Part shown: one piece after another, positions 49,623 through 59,772 of the stretch | Layout: the number at the start of each line of letters is the position of its first letter | How positions within the stretch are numbered: the first letter of the stretch is position 1 | Source: an uncultured Planctomycetota bacterium | GTDB lineage: Bacteria; Planctomycetota; Phycisphaerae; Tepidisphaerales; Tepidisphaeraceae | Assembly (NCBI GenBank): GCA_963841915.1 | Contig: CAWJEN010000006.1 | Span: 1,664,001-1,728,000 of the forward strand | Reading direction: 5' to 3' | Length of the DNA stretch: 64,000 bases | Made by a program: the position numbers and the translations under genes | The notes under the pieces: model-generated | What the model was told of the DNA's origin: nothing | The model's database searches: none | The model's input: only the letters and a program-made list of their open reading frames with translations

Positions 49623-49670
49623 GTGTGACGCTGCAGTGCGAGTTGGGCGAAGTGCGATGTCGCAGAACGT

Positions 49671-51011
49671 TTGATCTTGTCACACGCCTCTCCAGCTGAT
49701 TTCGCCCCGCCGCGACTGCCGTCGCGACGGGGCGTTTTGTTGGCCGCGACCGCCGCAGCGGTGGGCGGCATCGGTGGTGGCTGCGCCTCGAAGACCTCAG
49801 GCCGTGTTACGCTTGACCTTTGGACGTGGGCGCTCAAGCCGTTCTTCAACGACCTCATCAACGCCGCCATCGCCGAATTTGAAGCGCAGCATCCGACGCT
49901 TCGCGTGCGGTGGACGGACATTGCTGCCGACGCGATGCGGCGGAAGGTGTTTGCCGCCGGTGCCGCCGAGACACTGCCGGATGTAATCAACTTTTCCGAT
50001 CAGCACTTTGCGCAGTTCGCCAAGCTCGACGCGTTGCATGAGCTAAGCGACATCGTGCCCGGCGACCCGGCGGCCCGGTACATCGCAGGCGCGCTCGAGC
50101 CGTGCTTCGTCGACAGCAGACTGCTCGCGCTGCCTTGGTATCTCTCGACGACCGTGCGTGTGATGAACGTGCCGATGCTCGCCGATGGTGGCCTCACGCC
50201 CGACACCGTCGGCGGTGACTGGCAGACGCTGCTCGACCAGGCCCGCCCGTTCCAGGAAAAGACGGGCAAGCACCTCTTTACGCTGCAGCTCGGCGACCGC
50301 AGCGACCTGCTGCCCATGATGCTCGCCGACGGCATCGACCTGCTGATGCCCCGCGACAAAGGCGGCGCCGTGGCCGACCTGACGCGGCCGCAGATCTCCA
50401 GCTTCGTCAAAACTTGGGCCGACGCCTACGCCGACGGCACCTTGCCACGCTCGTGCGCTACGGGTGGTTATCAGGCGATGGTGCTCGAGATGTCCGAAGG
50501 CAACGTCGCGCTCATCAACGCCAACGCGCTCAAGAGTATCGCGTCAGATGCGCCGCAGATTTACAGGCAGTTAGCCGTCGGCCCCGGCGTCGTGGGCAGG
50601 CTCGGCATTCCAGGCGTCGCCGTCGCTCACATGTCCGTCACCCGCAAGTCGCAGCACCCGCGTGAGGCGGCGTTGCTCGCCTGGCACCTGACGAATCCGC
50701 AGTGGCAGACGGAACTGGCGCTTCAAGCCGGGCGAGCACCCAGCACGATCGAAAGCCTGGCGGACGAGCGTTGGATTGCCACGACCGACGACCCGCAAGC
50801 CATTGCAACTGAGATGGACATCAGTCAGGTCAGCCGAGCCCGTGCCTTTGCCCCGGCGACCGGCACCTGGCCCGATCTTCGTCGCGTGTTCGACGAGGCG
50901 ATGAAGCGCGTGCTGCTGTCGGATGAAGCCGTCGACGATGCGCTGCAACAAGTCGAGCGGGAGTGGAACCGCATCCTCCGAGCCGACGCGGCAGGGGAGC
51001 CCTACGCGTGA
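49671..51011 (+). CDS. Sugar ABC transporter solute-binding lipoprotein (Tat)
   Basis: SRRGVLL Tat motif, GGGC lipobox, FEAQHP, LPDVIN, ALPWY. Confidence 0.85.
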   Translation: MILSHASPADFAPPRLPSRRGVLLAATAAAVGGIGGGCASKTSGRVTLDLWTWALKPFFNDLINAAIAEFEAQHPTLRVRWTDIAADAMRRKVFAAGAAETLPDVINFSDQHFAQFAKLDALHELSDIVPGDPAARYIAGALEPCFVDSRLLALPWYLSTTVRVMNVPMLADGGLTPDTVGGDWQTLLDQARPFQEKTGKHLFTLQLGDRSDLLPMMLADGIDLLMPRDKGGAVADLTRPQISSFVKTWADAYADGTLPRSCATGGYQAMVLEMSEGNVALINANALKSIASDAPQIYRQLAVGPGVVGRLGIPGVAVAHMSVTRKSQHPREAALLAWHLTNPQWQTELALQAGRAPSTIESLADERWIATTDDPQAIATEMDISQVSRARAFAPATGTWPDLRRVFDEAMKRVLLSDEAVDDALQQVEREWNRILRADAAGEPYA

Positions 51012-51042
51012 GCAACGTCGATCATCCAGACGCGCCCGCGCC

Positions 51043-52104
51043 TTGGTCCCACCGACCGCCGGCCTGACGACACCAGAGGCACAGGATGATCCTGCATCTT
51101 CAGGCAACGATGTTGCTCGTCGAGACGAGTCCGTTGGCAAGCGTGAGGAACAGCAGACTAGTGAACAGGCGGACCGGCGGTCCGCGGGACCGCGGCTCGG
51201 GGACGATCTGCAGCGCCAGCATCGTGCGCTGCGGCCACACTCGACCGTCGCGCCGTACCTGTTCCTCGCCCCGGCGATGATCGTGCTCGGCCTGTTCGTT
51301 ATCTGGGCGTTTGTGCAGGTCGCATTCCTGTCGTTCACGCGCGTCGACCTCTTCGGCGACGGCCCGCTCATCAGCCGCATCGAATGGGTCGGCCTCGACA
51401 ACTACGCCCGCGTGCTCAGCAGCAGCCGGTTCTGGTGGGCATTGGTCAACAGCTTCCTGTACCTGCTCGTCACGCCTGCCGTAATGGCCGTGTCGCTTCT
51501 TGCGGCGATGACGGTGCACAGCGGCCTGCGTGGCACGGGGCCGTGGCTGCGGGCGTTGCTGTTCCTACCCGTCGTCACGCCGACCATCGTCGCGGCCATC
51601 GCGTGGCGCGTCTTGTTCAACGAGCAAGGCGGCCTGCTGAACAACACGCTCGGCGGTGTCGGCATCGACCCGGTGCCATGGCTCACAAGCTGGCCTTGGA
51701 TCCTCGTGACGGCGATGGTTGTCACGCTCTGGAAGGGCTTCGGCTACTACATGATGATCTTTTTGGCGGGCCTGATGGCTGTGCCGCGGGAGCTTGAAGA
51801 GGCGGCCGGCATTGACGGTGCCGGGCGGTGGGGCACGTTCCGGCACGTCACGCTGCCGAGCCTGCGGCCGGTGCTCGTGCTGGTGCTCGTCATCAGTTCC
51901 ATCGGTGCTCTGAAGGTCTTCGACGAGCTGTACGTCGTCGCCAAAGGCGCTGCCGCCGAGAGCAAGACGGCCGTGCCGCTGATCTATGAAACGGCCTTCG
52001 AGGGCGGCAACTTCGGCATGGCCAGCGCGGTCGGCGTCTGCCTGTTCCTCGTCTTGCTCGCGTTCTCGCTCGTCAATCTTCGCCTGACACGGGAGGCCGA
52101 TTGA
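51043..52104 (+). CDS. Carbohydrate ABC transporter permease (MalF-like)
   Basis: PYLFLAPA, WVGLDNY, EAA loop LEEAAGIDGAG, ALKVFDE; start uncertain. Confidence 0.9.
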   Translation: MVPPTAGLTTPEAQDDPASSGNDVARRDESVGKREEQQTSEQADRRSAGPRLGDDLQRQHRALRPHSTVAPYLFLAPAMIVLGLFVIWAFVQVAFLSFTRVDLFGDGPLISRIEWVGLDNYARVLSSSRFWWALVNSFLYLLVTPAVMAVSLLAAMTVHSGLRGTGPWLRALLFLPVVTPTIVAAIAWRVLFNEQGGLLNNTLGGVGIDPVPWLTSWPWILVTAMVVTLWKGFGYYMMIFLAGLMAVPRELEEAAGIDGAGRWGTFRHVTLPSLRPVLVLVLVISSIGALKVFDELYVVAKGAAAESKTAVPLIYETAFEGGNFGMASAVGVCLFLVLLAFSLVNLRLTREAD

Positions 52105-52925
52105 ACACCGAGCGGCCGACGAGTCTGAAGACGGTGTACTACGTGCTCGCGTTGCTGCTGGCGATCCTGGCGGCAGGGCCGGCGTTGTGGTTGCTGAACG
52201 TCGCGTTGCAGCCGCGCTCGATCGGAGTGTCGCAACTCACGCCGCCAAGCCAGTGGACGCTGGACAACTTCAAAGGCGTCATCCGCGAGGCCGGCATTTG
52301 GCGGCCGATGCTCAACAGCGTCATCGTCACGCTGTGCCAGACCGTGCTGAACGTGCTGCTGGCCGCGCTGGCCGCTTATCCGCTGGCCCGCATGAAGTTT
52401 CGTGGCCGCGACACGCTATTCGTCCTGGTCCTGGCGACGCTGATGGTGCCTGAGCAGGTGACGGTCGTCCCGCTGTTCGTGACGATCAGCGACATGGGCT
52501 TGTACGACACACTTATCGCCGTCTTCTTGCCGTTCAGCGTGACGGCGTTCGGCATCTATCTATGCCGTCAAGCCTTCCTCGGCGTGCCCGAATCGCTCGA
52601 AGAGGCGGCCCGCATGGACGGCGCGTCGAGCCTCGGCGTGTGGTGGCACGTGATGCTCCCGCTGAGCCGCCCGACGCTGGCGACGCTGGCGGTCTTTAGC
52701 GTCATCGGTGCGTGGAGCAATCTGCTCTGGCCGCTGATCGTTTTGCAGCGTGAGGAGAATCACACGCTGCCCGTGGCCATCAACACGCTGCTGGGCGTCT
52801 TTGCGACGAACCCGCGATACGCCTACGCGGCCAGCGTCATCGCGCTCGTGCCGATGGTGATCGTTTACCTGCTGATGCAACGCTGGTTGACCAAAGGCCT
52901 GCTCGCCGGCGCAGTCAAGGGCTGA
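52101..52925 (+). CDS. Carbohydrate ABC transporter permease (MalG-like)
   Basis: AAYPLARMKFRGR, LEEAARMDGAS, WSNLLWPL, GAVKG. Confidence 0.92.
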   Translation: MNTERPTSLKTVYYVLALLLAILAAGPALWLLNVALQPRSIGVSQLTPPSQWTLDNFKGVIREAGIWRPMLNSVIVTLCQTVLNVLLAALAAYPLARMKFRGRDTLFVLVLATLMVPEQVTVVPLFVTISDMGLYDTLIAVFLPFSVTAFGIYLCRQAFLGVPESLEEAARMDGASSLGVWWHVMLPLSRPTLATLAVFSVIGAWSNLLWPLIVLQREENHTLPVAINTLLGVFATNPRYAYAASVIALVPMVIVYLLMQRWLTKGLLAGAVKG

Positions 52926-52970
52926 CGAACGACTCCCGTCGACTATCAGAACCGTCTCTAGAACCCTGTC

Positions 52971-53789
52971 ATGAATGTGAACGAACTTGCCGTCTGCTCC
53001 TGGTCACTTCAGCCGAACGGTGTCGACGACCTTATCGCCAAGGTTGCAGCGACGGGGCTCTGTCGTGTGCAGTTGCACCTCAACCCGCTTGGCACCCAAG
53101 GCTGGGCCGATACGCCCGCACGACTCGAGGCGGCCGGCGTTGACGTTGTCAGTGGTATGGTCGAGTGCGTAGGCGAAGACTACAGCTCGATTGTCGCCAT
53201 CACGCGAACCGGCGGTGTTGTACCAGACGAGACGTGGCCGGCGACCTTTGCGGCGATGCAGGCCGCAGCTGAGCACGCGAAGTCGATGAAGCTGGATCTC
53301 GTGACATTTCATGCCGGCTTCATTCCGCACGACGCCGCCGACGCGACGGCGGTCAAGATTGTCGGGCGGCTGCGCGAGGTGGCCGACGTCTTTGCCGCTG
53401 TCAAATGCCGCGTCGCCTTGGAGACGGGGCAGGAGTCAGCCGACGCTTTGCTTGCCCTTCTCGACGAGATCGACCGCGAGGATGTGGGCGTCAACTTCGA
53501 CCCGGCAAACATGATCCTTTACGGCAGCGGTGAACCCATTTCCGCCCTGCGAGCGCTCCTGCCACGCGTTCGGCAAATTCACCTTAAGGATGCCAAGGCT
53601 TCTACCAAACCGGGCGATGATTGGGGCGACGAAGTCGTCGTCGGCGAGGGCGAAGTCGATTGGTCTGCTTTCTTCACGACGATCAAGAACAGCTCGTTTT
53701 CCGGCAACTTCTGCATCGAACGCGAGGCGGGCGAATCCCGAGTGGCCGACGTGTCACAGGCGGTGCGATACATGAGGGCTAAGTCCTGA
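52971..53789 (+). CDS. Sugar phosphate isomerase/epimerase (xylose isomerase-like TIM barrel)
   Basis: FHAGFIP, LETGQE, NFDPANM, HLKDA, GEGEVDW, IERE. Confidence 0.88.
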   Translation: MNVNELAVCSWSLQPNGVDDLIAKVAATGLCRVQLHLNPLGTQGWADTPARLEAAGVDVVSGMVECVGEDYSSIVAITRTGGVVPDETWPATFAAMQAAAEHAKSMKLDLVTFHAGFIPHDAADATAVKIVGRLREVADVFAAVKCRVALETGQESADALLALLDEIDREDVGVNFDPANMILYGSGEPISALRALLPRVRQIHLKDAKASTKPGDDWGDEVVVGEGEVDWSAFFTTIKNSSFSGNFCIEREAGESRVADVSQAVRYMRAKS

Positions 53790-53798
53790 TACAACATC

Positions 53799-56700
53799 GT
53801 GCCGATGCTCCCGCAGACCCCGTTCCAGCAGTTTCTCGCACCGCGAATCGCCACCGTCCGCCGCCGACTTGGCGAAATGATCTGGCACGTTGAGGCCGAC
53901 GTCACCGAGATCAAGCAGTCCCAGCCGACGCACGAGCATCGACCGGTCACTGACGTGGCTGAGTCGTCGTTCAACTTGATCGACAACCTGCCAATGACGT
54001 GGGGCCGCAAGCACCAGCAATGCTGGTGGCATGTGAAGCTGCCAGCCTTTGAGGGCCGCAGATGGTTGCGTTGGGACGATGAGGGTGAGGCGACGCTTTA
54101 TCGCCGCGACGGCGACGGCGACGGCACTTGGACGCCGCACCACGGCATCGACCCCGGTCACCTGCAGGCACCGCTACCGGATGACGCGACCGAGCTGCTT
54201 GTCGAAAGCATCTGCTGTCGTTCAGGCGTCTGGGTGCACGGCGAATCGCAAGGCCTCAGCCACGAGGGCAGTCAATTCCGCGGGGCCAAGCTGCTGTCAC
54301 GCGACGAGGGAGCCTGGCGTGCCTGGCATGACTTCGACGTGCTCATTGGCCTGTGCGCGCTTCTGTACAAGCGAACCCTGCCACGGCCGTACGGGCCGAA
54401 TGCCGGCAACGACATCGGCATGAGCGGGGGCGAACTGTTTGGTGCTGGTGGTTATCGCAGCCCGATTGAATCTGCACCGCCGCTGCTTCGCAAGATCCTT
54501 CGTGGCCTGACTGCCGCCGCAGACGCATTCGATCGTGAAGGCCCCGCCGCCGCCGCAGACGTGTCGACGGCGCTGCTGGCCGACCTCCCGGCCGCCGATC
54601 ATGAGATCAAGGGCATCATCACCGGTCACGCCCACATCGATCTCGCCTGGCTCTGGCCGGAACGCGTCGGCGACTTCAAGGCCGTCCACTCGTTTGCCAC
54701 GGCAGACGCGCTCATGAGCGAGTACCCGGACATGCACTTCGGCTACAGCCAGCCGGCGAGCTACGAAGCGGTGGAGCGTCGCTCGCCGTCGCTGCTGGAG
54801 CGGGTGAAGACGCGGTGCAAAGACCGCGGCCGGTGGGAGCCCACTGGTGCAATGTACGTCGAAAGCGACACGCAGCTGCCCTGCGGTGAGGCGCTGGTCC
54901 GCGCGATCGAGATCGGACAAGAAGGCTTTGCTGATCTTAGCGGCGAAGAAAGTCGCGTGTTGTGGTTGCCCGATGTCTTCGGCTACTCGGCGGTGATGCC
55001 CCAACTCCTCAGCGGCTTCGACGTGCCTTACTTCTTTACGACCAAGATGCACTGGTCTGCTGCGACGCGTTTCCCGCACTCGGCCTTCCGCTGGCAAAGC
55101 AACGACGGCAGCGAGGTGCTCGGCTTCATCGCCTGGGAGCATTACAACCTCGCTGCCACGCCTCGCGAGCTTGATTGGGCATCGACAAACCAGCGTCAAT
55201 CCGACGTTTTTCCTGAAACCCTCGTCTGTGTTGGTTACGGCGACGGTGGTGGCGGCGTAAACGCGACGATGTGCGAACGCATCAACCGCATGGCCGACCT
55301 TGCTGAATTGCCGCGATGTGAGTGGGGCCGCATCGATAGCTTCTTTGACCGCATGAGCGAGGTCACGAGCGACCTGCCGACATGGCGGGGCGAAATGTAC
55401 CTCGAGTATCACCGCGGCGTGCAGACGACGCACGTGCACCTCAAGCAGGCCTACCGCGCCGCCGAGCGTGCGCTGCAGGTCGCCGAAGCCGTCCGCTGTG
55501 CAACTGGTGGCGGGCCGGTCGACGTGCACGACTGGAAGCGCGTCTGCTGGACGCAGTTCCACGACGTGCTGCCCGGCAGCAGCATTCAGGAGGTCTACCA
55601 AGAGATCGTGCCTGAACTGCACGGCATCACCGATCGTCTGCTAACCCAAGCCGCAAGCGAACTTGGTGGCGACGGCGAAGCATGCGTCTTCAACCCGATT
55701 GCCTGCGAGCGGGTCGAGGTCATCGACGGCAGAGCCGTCTTGTTGCCACCGCTCGCCGGTGTGGCACTTAATGAGCTAGAAGCCGTCGACGCCGCTGTGG
55801 TCATGCGTGACGGCAAGACGCTCGACAACGGTCGCGTCCGCGTTACGTTTGACGATGATGGTCACGTCGCGTCGCTTTGGGTCGACGGCGAAGCGGTCGA
55901 ACTTGCGGGACGGGCGTGTGGCCTGCTGAGCTTCGCCGACGTGCCGGCAAACTACGACGCCTGGGAAGTCGAGCGATATACGTTGTCGCTCGGCGTCGAG
56001 GAAGCCAGGCCGGCAGACCTCTCGTGGACGGGCGATGACGCTCGCCAAGAGCTTGCCGTCACTCGGCCCGTCGGCAGCAAGAGCACCGCGACGACGCGCT
56101 TCATCCTCGAAGCCGCCAGCGCGGTGCTACGCGTTGAGGTTGACCTCGACCTGCAGGACGAGCAGACGCTGATCAAGCTCACCGTCCCGACGAAGTACGA
56201 CGCGGCCGATGCGGTCTACGGCGGTCCGTTCGGCAGCGTCACGCGTGGCCAAAGCGGCAACACGGTCGCCGATGACGCACGATTCGAAGTGCCGGCCAGC
56301 CGCTGGATGTGCGTAGGCGACGCGGGTGGCGCGGGTGTGATGCTCTTGACCGAGGCCACCTACGGCGCCGGTTGCCGCGATGGCCTGCTCCACGTCTCGC
56401 TCGCCCGCTCGGCCCTCATCACAAGGCACGACCAGGATCTTCACTTGCGTGACTTCGACGCATACGGCGAAGGCGGCTATCAGAAGTGCAGCGACATCGG
56501 CAAGCACACGATCAAGCTGGCGATTGGTCGATTTAACCCGGCGGCGAAGCGCCGCGAGCAGCCGGCGCAGCTCGCAGACCTGCTCTTCACGCCGGCAATT
56601 GCTTACACGGGCAAGCCGGTGTCGGCAGGACTGGAGCGTCTTGAGGACATGCCGTCAGTCGCCGCCGCCTGGGCCAAGCCTGAGGCCGACGGCTGGACGC

Positions 56701-56867
56701 TTCGTCTCCACGAAACGCTCGGCCGCCGTGGATCAATTCGCCCCCGGCTCACAAGTGCCACGATGACACGCGTCGACCTGCGCGGCGAACCGTCAGGCGA
56801 TACTGAAAATGCGACCATTGTCAAGCCGCACGATCTCGTATCGCTCCGGATGGTGCGTTGCTCCTAA
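53799..56867 (+). CDS. GH38 alpha-mannosidase
   Basis: GHAHIDLAWLWP, WLPDVFGYS, GYGDGGGG, GEMYLEYHRG, QFHDVLPGSSI. Confidence 0.93.
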   Translation: MPMLPQTPFQQFLAPRIATVRRRLGEMIWHVEADVTEIKQSQPTHEHRPVTDVAESSFNLIDNLPMTWGRKHQQCWWHVKLPAFEGRRWLRWDDEGEATLYRRDGDGDGTWTPHHGIDPGHLQAPLPDDATELLVESICCRSGVWVHGESQGLSHEGSQFRGAKLLSRDEGAWRAWHDFDVLIGLCALLYKRTLPRPYGPNAGNDIGMSGGELFGAGGYRSPIESAPPLLRKILRGLTAAADAFDREGPAAAADVSTALLADLPAADHEIKGIITGHAHIDLAWLWPERVGDFKAVHSFATADALMSEYPDMHFGYSQPASYEAVERRSPSLLERVKTRCKDRGRWEPTGAMYVESDTQLPCGEALVRAIEIGQEGFADLSGEESRVLWLPDVFGYSAVMPQLLSGFDVPYFFTTKMHWSAATRFPHSAFRWQSNDGSEVLGFIAWEHYNLAATPRELDWASTNQRQSDVFPETLVCVGYGDGGGGVNATMCERINRMADLAELPRCEWGRIDSFFDRMSEVTSDLPTWRGEMYLEYHRGVQTTHVHLKQAYRAAERALQVAEAVRCATGGGPVDVHDWKRVCWTQFHDVLPGSSIQEVYQEIVPELHGITDRLLTQAASELGGDGEACVFNPIACERVEVIDGRAVLLPPLAGVALNELEAVDAAVVMRDGKTLDNGRVRVTFDDDGHVASLWVDGEAVELAGRACGLLSFADVPANYDAWEVERYTLSLGVEEARPADLSWTGDDARQELAVTRPVGSKSTATTRFILEAASAVLRVEVDLDLQDEQTLIKLTVPTKYDAADAVYGGPFGSVTRGQSGNTVADDARFEVPASRWMCVGDAGGAGVMLLTEATYGAGCRDGLLHVSLARSALITRHDQDLHLRDFDAYGEGGYQKCSDIGKHTIKLAIGRFNPAAKRREQPAQLADLLFTPAIAYTGKPVSAGLERLEDMPSVAAAWAKPEADGWTLRLHETLGRRGSIRPRLTSATMTRVDLRGEPSGDTENATIVKPHDLVSLRMVRCS

Positions 56868-57142
56868 CCCGCTGTAGCGGGCGGCGTGGCCGACACGAGG
56901 CATGCGGGAGGCCGGTTATCTGACCCGTTGCTTCGAGAAGCTGCACCACACGCCAGCCGACGATACCCAACGCCTCAGGATCCACCTGCAGATGGAAGAG
57001 GAACAACTTGAGCGGATGACCATCATCTTCTCGGCCGACGGCGGAGACATGCTGGTCGATGTCGACCTGAGCCGTTCCCGTACCCGCAGCAGCACGGTAC
57101 AGGCCGGCATACAAGGAAGCATCGCCGCCCGAAGCGTGGGGG

Positions 57143-58931
57143 CTACGCCGACAACTTTTCGAGTTCGTCCCACCGGGCGTACAGACGATCAACCGTCGCC
57201 TGGGCCTCGCCGAGCTGTTCGTACGCAGCTGTCAGTTTCACGTGATCAACCACGATGTCGGGCGAAGCAACCTTGGCCTGCATTGCTTCGACAGCCGACT
57301 CAGCTTCGAGAATTGCTGCCTCCATCCGCTCGAGTTCGAGTCGCTCCTTGAGCTTGAGCTTCTTGGCCGGTGCGGCCGCCATTTTGGGCGGAGCAACGGC
57401 TGCACGCTTGGCGTCGGCCTCGCCTTTGAGCCGTGCCGCGCGGTCACGCTCCCACTGATGCAGGCTGGCAAACAGCTTCACGCCGCCTTTGCCGTCAAGG
57501 CTCAGCAGCTCGTCGCTGGCGCGTTCGAGTAGCAATCGATCGTGCGTGATGAGCACGACCGCACCGGGGAATTCGCTCAACGCGGTTTCGAGCACGTCGA
57601 GCGTCGGAATGTCCAGGTCGTTCGTCGGCTCGTCGAGCACAAGCACGTCGGCCTCCTCGAGCATCAGCCCTGCCAGCAGCACCCGCGCCCGCTCGCCACC
57701 CGAGAGCTCACCGACCGGCAGATCAAGCTGATCGGGCCGGAACAGGAATCGCTGTGCCCAGCCGACGACATGGACCTCAATGCCGTTCTGGTTCATCGAG
57801 TCGCCGTTAGGAAACAGCGCCCGGCGGAGCGGCGTGTCGGGGTCGAGCTCCGCCCGATGCTGGTCGAAGACGACGACACGCAGGCCCGGCGCGAAAGAGC
57901 GTGCCGGCGTCGGGCTCAAGGTCGCCGCGGAGCAGGCGGACGAGCGTGGTCTTGCCGCTGCCGTTGGGGCCGATGAGGCCAAGCGTTTCTCCGGGCGAGA
58001 GCGTGAGCGAGACGCCGTCAAAAAGCTTGCGACCGCCGAGACTCTTGGCGACGTTATCAAACTGTGCGAGCTTCGTCGTTCGTCGGCCCGACGCACCAAA
58101 GGACAGGTCGGCCGTCCCGCGTGAGGCGTTGCGTTGGCGAACGTCCTGGAGTTCCGCCTTCATTTCGCCGGCCCGCTCAATTCGTCCCTTGGCCTTGGTC
58201 GTGCGGGCTTTGGCCCCTCGCTGAAGCCACGCCTCTTCACGCCGCACACCGCTGGCGAGCGACTTTTCGCGAGCTTCCTGGGCGGTCAGGAAGGCTTCGC
58301 GTTTCTCGAGAAACTTCGTGTAGCCGCCGTCGCTGGAGAGGTAGCCGTCGGGGTACGCGCGGTCGAGCTCGACGATTCGCGTGGCCGTGGCGTCGAGGAA
58401 GCGACGATCGTGCGAGACGATGAGCGATGCAAAGCGGCCGGCCTTGATAAGACCTTCAAGCCAGATCACGCCTTCGAGATCGAGGTGGTTCGTCGGCTCG
58501 TCCATCAGGACAAGATCGGGCTCGATGACGAGCTGCCGCGCGATCGACAGACGCTTCCGCCAGCCACCCGACAGCGTTGCGGCCGAAGCGGTGGGTGACT
58601 CAAAGCCGACGCGGGATAGTGCCGTTTCTGCCTGCCGACGTCGCGTTGCGTCGTCACCGTCAGGCACGTTGCGTAGCACGACCTCGACGGCCGGTACATC
58701 GTCGAAGGCTTCCTCCTGCGGGACGAAGCCGACCGACAGTGCACGCCGCGTGACCAAGTCGCCCTCGTCCGGCTCCTCGAGTCCCGACAGAATTTTCAAC
58801 AGCGTCGACTTGCCCGAGCCGTTGGCCCCGATGAGGCCGATGCGTTCACCTTCGCTGATGCCGAGGGTGACGTCGGTGAATAAGGTCCGCCGGCCGAAGC
58901 TTTTGGAGAGGTTTCTTCCGGTGAGCAGCAC
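57143..58931 (-). pseudogene. ABC-F family ATPase (Uup-like) split by a frameshift near 57890
   Basis: 5' frame: GANGSGKST, LSGGW, DEPTNHLD, GPNGSGKTT; 3' frame: LSGGERAR, DEPTNDLD, C-terminal LYARWDEL coiled coil. Confidence 0.88.
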
Positions 58932-58958
58932 GCGGGGCGAGGGTAGGGCCGCGCGACA

Positions 58959-59753
58959 TCACTCGACATCCAACGCTGGCCACGCTCCTTCGGGCATCGA
59001 GCCGGGTCTCAGGAAGACGTCGTTCAGTGCCACGTCGAAGTTGTCAGCTTCAGTATCGGGCCAGCCGGTGCCGTCCACTTCGACCGCCTCGAGCACCGCC
59101 AGCGGGACATACTTTGCCCCGCCGTGCCCCCAGGCCACATTGAGCCCGTCACCGTGCCGCTCGGCGATCTGGCTCGGCTTGTGGAACAGGTCGGCAAGAA
59201 CTGCCTCGTTGTTGTGGCGCTGCAGCTTGGGCAGAGGCACTTCGGGCATATCCGTATTTGGATTCGCCCCCGCTTCGGCCGGCTCGGGCCAATCGACCAG
59301 CGGCCGCGTGCCGTAACCGAAACGTGTGCGAAAGCTGCCGGGGTTCCCAGGCGGCCACAAGTTGTCACGCGTGTCGAACTGGATTTGCTCGTCCCGTTCT
59401 TCTGGGCAGTACCACACCTCGGGCGACGGGATCAGGTCTGCCGCGAAAAGCTGTCCGAGCCACCGCAGAGCCGCAGGGCCGGTCGGCGGACTGGCTGGAG
59501 CAAAGCCTGCTCTATTCCGGCTGGCAGCATAATTGAACTGCTTCCAGCCGTTTGTGTAACCGAGCGGCACCTGGTAGTCGAAGTCGTTGGCGTAGTTGAC
59601 GAGCGTCGCATGCCCCTGCCGCAAGTTGCTCAGGCAGACGACCTTGCGGGCAGACTCGCGGGCGCGGCTCAGCGTCGGCAGCAGGGTGCCGATCAGCAAC
59701 GCGATGATGCCGATGACGACCAGCAACTCGACGAGCGTGAAGCCACGTTCCAC
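58959..59753 (-). CDS. Prepilin-type N-terminal methylation / DUF1559-like protein
   Basis: [57 protein letters not shown]. Confidence 0.88.
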   Translation of the reverse strand: MERGFTLVELLVVIGIIALLIGTLLPTLSRARESARKVVCLSNLRQGHATLVNYANDFDYQVPLGYTNGWKQFNYAASRNRAGFAPASPPTGPAALRWLGQLFAADLIPSPEVWYCPEERDEQIQFDTRDNLWPPGNPGSFRTRFGYGTRPLVDWPEPAEAGANPNTDMPEVPLPKLQRHNNEAVLADLFHKPSQIAERHGDGLNVAWGHGGAKYVPLAVLEAVEVDGTGWPDTEADNFDVALNDVFLRPGSMPEGAWPALDVE

Positions 59754-59772
59754 ACCGTCACCGTAGCACCGA

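Noticed and set aside
48878..57250. Partial parS-like words at about 48878 (CGTTCCACGTGATCCG) and about 57234 (AGTTTCACGTGATCAA)
   Set aside because: Four or more mismatches, only a half-site preserved, and both lie inside CDSs.
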